Assembly (NCBI GenBank): GCA_028023455.1
Contig: JAQFVV010000002.1
Span: forward strand, 26,164,001-26,228,000
Direction of reading: 5' to 3'
DNA: 64,000 nucleotides
DNA from: Epiperipatus broadwayi
Lineage: Eukaryota > Animalia > Onychophora
A model generated the notes under the pieces. That model was not told the origin of the DNA, ran no database searches, and worked only from the letters and a program-made list of their open reading frames with translations. This document shows, in pieces, positions 53,730-64,000 of this stretch. The first letter of the stretch is position 1. Every line of letters begins with the position of its first letter. The position numbers were made by a program, and so were the translations under genes.

Positions 53730-53900
53730 AAACAAGCAAAACTCTCTATACGTATCGACACTCAGTGCAAGCTAGAAGACTTGTACATAAAATCCCCATC
53801 TAGTGCATCCAATATCCCAAGAGTAGTTTCTGGCTTGCGGCCTTCGTCAGTAAGGAGCCTTGGATCTGAGAGCACTGCACCTAGAACTTAGGATCTAGTG
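53730..53900 (-). mobile_element. Single-arm family B copy in the UBE2D intron, hammerhead at 53816-53855
   Basis: Matches the 12750-12920 arm. Minus strand cctta-CTGACGA-a-ggc-cgcaa-gcc-a-GAAA-ctac-T-C-ttggg (stem III damaged). Confidence 0.75.
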
Positions 53901-54436
53901 CAACCCTCCAGCAGCCACCTTTTATCTCAATTGAATTACAAAACTAGGAGTCTTAAATTGAAAACTATAATATTTTCAATCCAAACTCATTGGCTTATAT
54001 AGTCATATAGGTCTGAACTCAGTTCAGTACCTATACATTTTGATGACTTTGGTTCTTTAATAACCATAGCCACCACTATCCTATTAGGTAGGATTGTCTA
54101 ATAATAAAACATGCACCCAAAGGAAAAATCCAACTTTTATAAGATTTAAATTAAACAAAAGTTGTAAAAAGGATCACTTAAATAAGAAGACTTCCCATAT
54201 ATATATATTTGATAAAATATTTCACAAATTTTTTTGTCTAACCAAAACGTAAATTTCTTAATGTGTGAATTATCACTGTTCTCTTAATCCAAATAGATTC
54301 AAAAAAGAAAAAAAAAATGCAATTAATTCAGAACAAAAAATAAAGAAAAAAAAATGCTAATGAAAGAAATTCACCATTTGGCCACAAAAGATTAATAAAT
54401 TATATAGTTCAAGTGTTGCCTGACATGTAAAGTATC

Positions 54437-56154
54437 GGTAATCGTCTGAAATCTGGGCATGGCCACTTGGAGCGTTGTTTATCTGAACAAAACACATAAA
54501 AATGCCGTTTACTGCAGCCGGAACTTACAGTTAATACAACATTTAATATTGTATTAACCCATTTCAGCAGGCCGCTTTACATGACATTGCACAAAAATAT
54601 TACGGCCTATTTTGTGCTTCGAAACTATTTACACATATTTGTTTTATTCATAGTTGATTACCATATCGCTTGAGGGTGATTGAATTTCAAGTCGGTACAA
54701 CTTTTCAAATCTCCGTAATAGTGTAATGTCATTTATATTTAAATAATGTTTTTAATTACTAATAATTGTCATATGGTCCCCACCCTTCCCTAAAAAAATT
54801 GGCAAAGTGTATGTTCAAACACGCTTCGGCAAAGCTCACACGCTAAGTCACGTTTCAGCGTGGAAAATATACGAGACCAATAAAAGGTCTGAGAAGAACA
54901 TACAATTTTTCAACTTTTCAGAATTGCCGAGTACAGAAAGTGTGTGAGATTATGTCCTTTTTTTTCAGCCATATAATGTACACTTTTTATTATAGCAAAA
55001 AAATAATAAATAAGTTCAAAGTTTGTGTCCTTTTTTGTCTTTTCATTTCATTAGAAATTGAGAAGTATTTGGATTATATTTTTTGCAGCGGGGTTAAAAT
55101 AAATGAGTATTTTGGTTGACTTTTTGTTAATAATAACAAAGTACATAATCCCCCCCCCCCAAAAAAAAAAAAAAGCAGTTTATTGTAGAAGGCCAAAAAA
55201 GAGGTAATTCAAACGAAATATAAATAAAAGTAAAAAGTGAGAAAAAGTTGTTGGGGAAAAAATTATTGACTTTTTGTTACAATTATTTTTCCGAGTGTGG
55301 GGGTGGGTGTTTTAAAACAAATTTTGATCCCCCCAAAAAACACAAAAGTTTAATTTTTATCGTAGAAAAATAAAAGAAAAACAATTTGGTCAACCCCCTC
55401 CCCAAAAAAAAATGTTGAATAAATTCAAAATAATACCCAAATAATTGCATTATATTTTTTCATCAGGGTTAAAACAAGTGGGGTTCAAATAAATGACTAT
55501 TTTTGTTTACTTTTTGTTAATAATAACAGTACGAAAGCCCCCCTCCCCCCCAAAAAGCTGTTTATTGTAGAAGCCAAAAAAAAAAAAAGGTTAATTCAAA
55601 CGAAATATAAATAAAAGTAAAAAGTGAAAAAAAGTTGTTTAAAAAAAAGTAAAATTATTGACTCTATGTTACAATTCTTGATCCGAGGGTGGGGTGAAGA
55701 TTTCAAAACAATTTTTAAACCCCCAACAACACAAAAGTTACTTTTGATTTAATAATAAGAAAAACAATTTAGTCAAACAAAAAAAAAAAAGGTAGAACAA
55801 AGTCGAAACAAGTCCCAAATAATTATACCATTATATTTTTTCAGCAGCGGGATTAAAACAAGTTTTTTCGTCGTGAAACAGTCCAAAGTTTTAAAATTCA
55901 GAAAAAATAAACACAAAATTAAATTATCAAAATTTGTTAAATAAAGAAAAATGTCAGGTTAATAAAAAAAACAACAAAAATGAATATAAAAATTTGTTTA
56001 ATAAAAAAGGAAATCATGTTATAAATGAAAAAAAAAATTTGTTTAATCAAAAAAAAAAAAAAAAAGTTATGACGGCCCGGTAACGTTATTTTTGATTGAT
56101 TTTTGCATAGCATCAACGCCCCAAGCGGCCATGCCCGGATTTCAGACGATTACC
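54437..56154. mobile_element. Non-autonomous TIR DNA transposon (~1.7 kb) with internal tandem repeats
   Basis: ~43-bp TIRs GGTAATCGTCTGAAATC(T/C)GGGCATGGCC(A/G)CTTGG(A/G)GCGTTG at 54437 and, reversed, ending at 56154. No clear TSD. Confidence 0.75.
55070..55860. repeat. ~375-bp tandem repeat, ~2.1 units
   Basis: TTATATTTTTT..GCAGCGGG.TTAAAA recurs at ~55075, ~55450 and ~55830, with collinear internal sequence. Confidence 0.8.
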
Positions 56155-56604
56155 AAATTTTCATTAGAGATGCTTTTTTGGGGGGGGGGGCATTTTTATG
56201 ATGTCATTAGAAAATAGTCGTTATTCTGATGTATTTTTATATTGCAAAATACCAAAATTTTTAAAACAATTGCCATCAAGCAAAAATCCATATCCAATGT
56301 AATTTTTCACAAAAAAAGAATAAAAATTGTAAGTAATTCACTGAGATTGATGGAATACTTGTTGAGTTACAAATATAAAGTAACTATTAAAAACAAATTT
56401 TCATTTCTATATATATAATATAATAAACTGACACTGTTTATCAATAATTGAGAAAATTCTTGTTGAGCTAAATCAAGAATTTCCTTAATTTTCTTGATTA
56501 GATTCATTAAATTGCTGAAGAAAAATGAAATGATTGCCAGATTTAAAGATTTACACAGATTAATACTTGAGTGGATGATGAATCTATTTCAAATAGATAC
56601 TTTT

Positions 56605-56921
56605 GATAATCGTTTGAAATCCGGGCATGACATTACACTATTACGGAGATTTGAAAAGTTGTACCAACTTGAAATTCAATCACCCTCAAGCGATACGGTA
56701 ATCAGCTATGAATAGAACAAATACGCGTGAATAGTTTCGAAGCACAAAACAGGCTGTAGTATTTTTATGCAATGTCATGTAAAGCGGCCTGCCAAAATGG
56801 GTTAATACAATATTAAATGTTGTACTAACCGTAAGGCCTGGCCGCAGAAACGGCATTTTGATGTGTTTTGGACACATAAACAACGCCCCAAGCGGCTGTG
56901 CCCGGATTTCAGACGATTACC
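56605..56921. mobile_element. MITE, internal-deletion derivative of the 54437-56154 element
   Basis: Same TIR at both ends. 56628-56921 is the reverse complement of 54437-54730. Confidence 0.85.
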
Positions 56922-56924
56922 AAA

Positions 56925-57400
56925 AATTTTTTAATTGAGGCTGATTGTAAGAAAAAATATAATGTTTATACAAATTGACCTAGTAAATTTAGGATAATAA
57001 ATATAATAAAATAATCAAAGTTGTTGAAAGATTTCATAACAAAATTAAGAACCCTCCACCACTCCAACAAATGAATCAGTCTCCCATATTTTCATAAAAA
57101 TCACAAAAATTGAAAAGCACATATCAACACATATAATGTGAGTTTAAGAGACCCCCTGCCTCGCTAAATACACTATTAAAAAACCCTAAGGATAAATTAC
57201 CTTCAGAGCTAGCACAACAAATCAATTATAAAATTCCAAGCAGCAACCCCATGTGCAAAGGCTTCATACTATTGGGAGTCACATGCAAACTTATTTACCA
57301 GATAGCCCCAGCATAGATATTTATATAATTGGGTGCACAGAAGTGAGGAATCTACATCAATATTTTTGAATCACGAAAGTAAATTCAGACACAAATTCGA
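56925..57400. repeat. Dispersed ~470-bp repeat, copy 1
   Basis: Direct repeat of 61615-62075 (TTTTTTAATTGAGGCTGATTGTAAG...GAAGTGAGGAATCTACATCAATATT). Confidence 0.8.
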
Positions 57401-58344
57401 CTTAACAATGGCTAAATTACTCTGCACAGAAAGATCACCACAACTATAATAAGAACTCAGTTATTCCTCTCTCAAAAAAAAAATGGAACATTTAAATAAA
57501 TTTGCATAAAGCAAAACATAATTCAACATTAAATTAAATCCTGAAAAAAATATAAATGTGAATATTATATAGACTCCTAAATGCAAATGCTATGAATATG
57601 ACAAAATTGTTCATGCTAAGCAATAAATATAATAAATTTATACAAAGTTTACACCTTTTCTAGGTAAATTTTCAAAACATTTATGTAATTTTATAATAGA
57701 ATCAAGAAAAGAGAAAAGTTTTCTGAATTAAAGTGAAATCCTAAAAGTTAAAAAATTATATTTTTTTATAATACTGCTGTTAATAATTCGTGCATTATTA
57801 TTTGCAATATAAAAATGCGTTGAAATCGTAATCATTTTCATGTAAATAGATGAGCCATAGAAACAGCTATATATCATCAATCTTGATGAATCTTGCTTTT
57901 CTTAATTTTTCTTTATGGTACTTAATTGCTTTAAAAACTTTGATAATTTGCAATATAAAAATATGCTACAATAGTAATTTTTATGCGAGCAAGTTAGGGG
58001 TACAGCAAGAGAAAACCAAATAATGAAACTTGCCATTTATGATCATTTATACTACCGAATTTGATAAACTTTTAGGGTTTCAGTTTAAATATATTTTAAG
58101 TTCTGGTATGGTACAAATGAAATTTAATTGAATTAAAACCATTTTATTTGGCATATAGTATTGTTTGTAAAAATGTGTTACAATAATAATTTTCAGCTGC
58201 TATTGATAACTCATATATTATTATTTCATGTAAATATTACTTAAATTTTAATTATCAACTACATTATATTCTTTTAAGATCTGCAGTCAACAAGTAGAAT
58301 AAATACTAGAGCTCTAAGACAAAGAATTCAGGAATATTAAGCCT

Positions 58345-58520
58345 TTATCTATTATATATATAAATGTGAAAGTTGATTTGCTTTCTTTGTTAGTTACTTA
58401 CTTAATAATTCAACAAATATAGCACCAATCTTGATAAATCTTCCATAATTTTCTTTCTTTTTTTTTAAAAATTTTGGGTTTATGATACAAGCGAAGCTAT
58501 CAAGACAAATAATTTATCTA
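58345..58520 (+). mobile_element. Short Helitron-like non-autonomous fragment
   Basis: Starts TCTATTATATATATAAATGTGAAAGTTG and has GCGAAGC near the 3' end, as in arthropod non-autonomous Helitron-type repeats. Diagnostic 3' end is decayed. Confidence 0.35.
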
Positions 58521-58559
58521 TAAAAAATGAAATCAATTCTCTACTATTAACTAAAAAAA

Positions 58560-59915
58560 GAGCCTCCAATTCCTCTTGAGATGATAAAAAAACTTAGAAA
58601 GGAAATTCTTAATATCCACTCTATATGGCCTTGTTATTGCAACTGTTATTATTATGTGATTAATCACCAACAAACATAGATGGCCTACTTACCAACATAC
58701 ATCAGCCAGCATGTTGAGTTTATTGGTTTTTTATTTCTGAATTTACTATCAAAAAAACTGTGATCTTTCTTCTAAGTTGCCTTATAGTTTTAACTGATAT
58801 ATTAGTTGAATTTTCTGGAAGGCAGATTGAATGTGTGCCCGAATGATTTTATCTTTTTTCTAAAAAGATGTTTACAATCACACAGCAAAAACTTGGAGGC
58901 TCTTCATTTAGATTTCAAAACTAGGTTCAAAAATTTTCTATCATTGGAAATACTGGACTGGATAATAAACCACAAACTAGTGCACAATCAAATATAATTT
59001 TGCAAGATGAGCTGATAACCACCAGCACAAATGAGAATCTCAAGATACAATTCAAATAGGGTTATCAAAAGTTTTGGTTGCAACAAGATGTTACACTTCT
59101 GTATAAGACTGTACGGATTTTTGTACAAAAGTATTTGCTAGCATTTCCATGGTTGTATCAGATAGAGGGAGACTTCAGATAGCTTTAAACCACTTCAGAA
59201 CAGACATAGATTGCATATCACTGAATGTGGAGATTTGAGAATGCAACTCACTAATTTAAAACAGGACATAGATAAATTGTTGACAGATCACTAGATGCAC
59301 CCATCTCATTAAATTCAGTTTGCCAAGCTAATTTATTTGGTATTCTTATTTTTATAATTCTGTTTAAAATCTTTCGTTGTTGTAATTTTGTTGATGTTTA
59401 ATTCAGTCTGAATATGATGATTTTTTCCCTTCATTTTTATGTTTAATAAAATGATTTCTGTCAAGCATGGGTGGTCGAGAGGTCAGCACAGCCGCCTTAC
59501 AAGCAGTTGTCCCGGTTAGCGGGTTCGCTTCCCGCCGATGCTATGACACATGAAAAAAAATAAATAAAATGATCTCAATATTTGTACTTATTTTGAATTT
59601 ACATATTTATTTCATAAATGTCAAAAATTAAAAAAAAACTCTGCTCCTATTTTTTTGCTTTAATTTTTCTTAGTGCAGGTTTCGTTATTAAATAGTACAC
59701 AACATAATGCCATATTCCTAGTCCTTTTACCTTTTTCAATCATTAATTACAAGTGATTAAAATGAAAAGTTTGATATCTAGTGAAATATTTAATATCGAG
59801 TACTGTACAAATTTATTAATTTGAGTAAGTAAAGTAAATGACTAGGGGATCGAGAGTTTTAGAAGTTTTTGGGAAAGGGGTCTGTGGCCAAAAAAAAGTT
59901 TGAGAACCCTTGCTC
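58560..59915 (+). mobile_element. Decayed hAT (Charlie/ZBED5-FAM200-like) transposon 3' part
   Basis: Translations ILDWIIN.. (58940-58970) and RLHITECGDLRMQLTNLKQDIDKLL..HPSH* (59208-59311). Right end AAAAAGTTTGAGAACCCTTG resembles a Charlie TIR. Confidence 0.75.
59459..59562 (+). pseudogene. tRNA-derived retrocopy/short SINE (cloverleaf 59464-59543, anticodon loop CT-TAC-AA, Val-like)
   Basis: Acceptor AGCATGG/CGATGCT, T-arm GCGGG-TTCGCTT-CCCGC, A-rich tail. 14-bp TSD AATAAAATGAT(T/C)TC at 59445-59458 and 59563-59576. Confidence 0.7.
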
Positions 59916-60526
59916 TAGACCATGGGCTTATAACAGATTAACTTTAAATATACATGTACTTCCATGTAAACTAAAACTCAAATGATATAATAAATGAGTT
60001 GCTGGAACTAATTAATTCATTAAAACAGATTTCACTGTATATTTTTTGGAACTTATTATACTACAGATCATTTTTCACGTATACTAAAAGGCATACTATA
60101 TTTTGTTAACAGCTCAGATATTCTATAAAAAATAACAATTCATTTTTTTTCCCAACTTAAATTTTTTAAAAAGGTCATAAATAATATTTCAATTTTCAAA
60201 TTTGTCTTTTAATTCACAGAATTAAATCTTTATCAATATTTTAAACATTTAATTTCATTAGTAAAAACTCAATTTAAAAAAACCTGTTCATTTCAATGTG
60301 AAACTACAAATCCAAAGTTCATATATTTAAATGAAATACTGAAGGAGTTTTTTTATTGGAATTACTTTAGATGGATTATTTACAAAAAAAATCAGTGAAA
60401 CTATTGAAATAAGGAGATTACAGCTTTAAAATACAAAATTTAAGTAGATCTACAAAGAAGCATAATTAGACATAACAAATTGAAAATAACAATACTTTAA
60501 TCATTACAAATAATTAAAAAGACTTA

Positions 60527-60754
<228 letters not shown>

Positions 60755-61614
60755 TTAGCTATACAGCTTGTATATAAATTATCATTACAACTTACTAGTT
60801 GAAAAATTCATATGAAAAAACCTTAAAGGTTTTATATAGTAGGCAGAAAATTTAAACATTTAATGCAAGCAATATTAATCATAAGCAAAATATCTGAACA
60901 ACATTCCAAATCTTGCAATGACAATGTAGCATATTTATACAAAATTTTATTGACTGCAGCCACAATTCTTCGATAGCAGTATTATCATGTGACCAACTAA
61001 TCATCACGCTACCGTGGCTAATACCTTGCTATTTATTAGCATAATCTTCTCAACAATTTTATACTCCCAATTTTCTTTCTTTTTTTGTGAAGAATTACAT
61101 TGGCTATGGATTTTTGCTTGATGGCAATTAATTGTTTTAAAAATTTTGGTATTTTGCAATATAAAAATACATCAGAATAACGACTATTTTCTAATGACAT
61201 CTTAAAAATATTACAGACAATAGAAAATGTTGTGGCTTACATATTGAAATACTTACTAGAGAAATGAAGATAATTGTAGTTTATGGTAAATCTGAGGTAA
61301 AATTTGTGTAAATATATCCTTTGGATCATGTATTTAACTTACAACCAGTGGAATGTGATCAAATGCAGTAGAATTATAGACTATGGTAAAATGAGATAAA
61401 ATTTGATTTCGTAAATATATTTTTAACTAATAAAATTTTCTTTATACCACGTATTTAAAATGAAATTGTAAAATTATATAAATGTTTTGTTGCACAGAAA
61501 AGGTAAATTTTATATAAATTTATTTTATTTACTGCTTCGCATGCTTTCAACGATTGATTTCGTCATATTTATAGCATTTGCACTCATGAGTCTATATAAC
61601 ATTCATGCATTTCT

Positions 61615-62075
61615 ATTTTTTTAATTGAGGCTGATTGTAAGAAGAATATAGATGTTTATACAAACTGATCTAGTAAATGTAGGATATAAATATAATAAAA
61701 TAATCAAAGTTGTTGAAAGATTTTATAACAAAATTAAGAACCCTCCACCACTCCAACAAATGAATGCCAAGAAATGAATCACTCTCCCATATTTTCCTAA
61801 AATAACACAAAAATTGAAGAGCACATACCAACACATATAATATGAGTTTAAGAGAACCCCCCCCCCGCTAAATATACTATTAAAAAACCCTAAGGATAAA
61901 TTGCCTTCAGAGCTAGACAACAAATCATAAAATTCCATGCAGCAACCCCATGTGCAAAGGCTTCATACTACCTACTGGGAGTCACTTGCAAATTTATTTA
62001 CCAGAGTAGCCCAGCATAGATATTTATATAATTGGGCACAAAGAAGTGAGGAATCTACATCAATATTATCTGAAT
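61615..62075. repeat. Dispersed ~470-bp repeat, copy 2
   Basis: Direct repeat of 56925-57400. Confidence 0.8.
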
Positions 62076-62134
62076 CAAAATAAATAGGTAGAATGGATAT
62101 ATTATAAAAAAGAGTACTTATATATTAGTCCTGT

Positions 62135-62996
62135 GACACAGCACATATTAGACCTGTTGCACCTATTCACATCCAAGATAAATGTGTAACATTGAGGATT
62201 AGGTTAAATAATCCAAGTCAAAATTTCTTATTGTTTATCTGATCTTTTTTTTTGCCCAGTTATTGTCAAGATTTCATTCTGACAACAGTATGATTTTCAT
62301 TGCATTTTTTCTTCGCAGTTACTGTCATTGTAGTTAATTTCATTGTTGCTGAATTAAGCTGATTATGAGTAAATAAGTGTACTTTCCTTTTGATTTCTAT
62401 TGTACAATTCTCGTAATTAAATGGTTTTTTTTTGAGAAGTGCCGGTTACAACCATTTTCGTGTGAATCACAAATATAATTTTGTCAATCCTGAAACAGGC
62501 ATCCACACGCAGAATATCAAAAGATTTTGGGCTTCCACAAAATGGTGTAACAAGCAAAAACGAGGAACATCTCGCCAACATTTAGATTCATATTTAGCTG
62601 AATTTATGTGGTGGTGTTGTAAAGACAAGGATACGTTCATTTGCATAATGAATGAAATAAAAAATAATTGGGCGCCAATATGAATTACTAATAAAAGTTT
62701 TTTTTTTTTTATTTTGTGGAAAAATTAGTTCTTGCTTTTTTTTAAAAAAAAAATTAAATAAATCCTGTTCACATGATACTCTCCACATCCACACAGTCAT
62801 TTTGGGGGTAAAAGTGTAACATTTTTACTTCAAATCTCCATTTTCCCCGGAAAATTTAATCAACTTATTAATAAAATTGAAGAGACCATTTACATTTATT
62901 TATTGCGACAATTCCTGTTATATATTGCACAGCAAGTTATCAGTGGATTGATATGTATGTGAATAGGTGCAGCATGTCCAATACGTGCTCCGTATC
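62135..62996 (+). mobile_element. Internally deleted Merlin (ISXO2/IS1595-like) transposon
   Basis: ORF 62432-62683 HFRVNHKYNFVNPETGIHTQNIKRFW...HLDSYLAEFMW is the ISXO2-type C-terminus. Imperfect ~38-bp TIRs at 62135-62171 and 62958-62996. Confidence 0.75.
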
Positions 62997-63774
62997 AATA
63001 ATTTAAAAGTGATCAAAATATTCACTTCACATATTCGAAATATAGTTTTCATATAAAAAAATGATATCCATGAATATAATAAGATTATGATATTATTTAT
63101 CACGTCTCTATGTTAATTTCAATGTATTAAAAAAAAAAAAAGATTTAAAGTGACTATCTTCTGCAATTTTAATTTTTAAGCCTCCTTCAAATCTCTATAT
63201 TATTTATAAAACTCCATATTCAATTTATTATTCTGCCAAGGAGAAAAAACACACCACTTTTAATCAATTCATTGATTTTTATTTTTTTTTTTTAAAAATC
63301 ACTGCCAGAGAACCAGTCAAGATTTTTTTTGAAATAAACCCAAGGATAGACATTTATATTAACAACTCATTACTTAAAAAAAAATTCTTGCCTCAATAAC
63401 ACAACAATCTCAAAAGTTCAAATTCCTAATTTTAGTTATTAATATCTACTGCAAATTGAAATTAAGAATGGATAATAGCTGTTCCTAAAGAATAAATTTC
63501 TTACTATTATTTTAATCTTGAAAAGTACTAGCCTACAATGTCTAACTACTTGCACTTAAATATAATATATTTCATACGATGCCATTATTTTGAGCATGTA
63601 TGCATCCAAGTTTTTTTATAGCAATTTTTCTGCCCTAACAAAAAGTGTGTATCATTTCATGTTTTGTGCTAAAATTCACTACTAGCAGATCATTTGAGAT
63701 TACAACACCAATACTATTATTTCCAATATCCTTGAACTGAAACTTACTATTCCTTCAAATATGCAATAATATCA

Positions 63775-63956
63775 CATGATCACCATCTCATACTAGCACA
63801 TAATTGTTATTAAACAAAGCAAAACTCTCCATACAGTAGTGCCATCTTGTGCCAACAAGAGCAATCAATGGACGCCAGAAGGCTTCTGGCATTCATTGAT
63901 TGCTCTTGTTGGCACAAGATGGCACTACTGTGTGGAGAGTTTTGCTTTGTTTAATA
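63775..63956. mobile_element. Fold-back insertion, family B, shallow copy (folds back before the ribozyme)
   Basis: Arms 63808-~63880 and ~63883-63956. 11-bp TSD CAATAATATCA at 63764-63774 and 63957-63967. 33-nt left tail. Confidence 0.85.
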
Positions 63957-64000
63957 CAATAATATCAAAACAAAAAAGGTCTTTAGGTAGTACTGATTAA

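Noticed and set aside
55070-55860. Repeats as a CRISPR-like array
   Set aside because: Units are ~375-bp whole-unit tandem duplications with no short repeat and unique spacer pattern, in a eukaryotic context.

Overview
Very AT-rich (roughly 25% GC by eye), repeat-saturated animal genomic DNA; arthropod-like is an inference. The only host gene I can support is the 3' part of a UBE2D/effete ubiquitin-conjugating E2 on the minus strand. Its two visible exons are 60547-60652 and 51718-51857, and the 5' exons lie beyond the window. Most of the rest is decayed non-LTR retrotransposons (RTE-like, L1/Tx1-like, and an L2/CR1-like element with a PHD-finger ORF1), plus hAT and Merlin remnants, a TIR element with a MITE derivative, and a tRNA-derived retrocopy. 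Almost all ORFs in the supplied track are spurious or TE fragments. The main unexplained structure is a set of 12 short fold-back (palindromic) insertions from about 6 unrelated sequence families. Most share one architecture: an 11-15 bp target-site duplication, fixed outer ends, a variable fold-back point, and a 25-50 nt tail on only one arm. Copies that extend deep enough carry an outward-facing minimal type I hammerhead ribozyme (or remnant) on each arm. One family also has a tRNA-like head. These look like non-autonomous, ribozyme-bearing Penelope-like retroelements that would normally be mis-annotated as MITEs. No autonomous Penelope ORF was recognised in the window.
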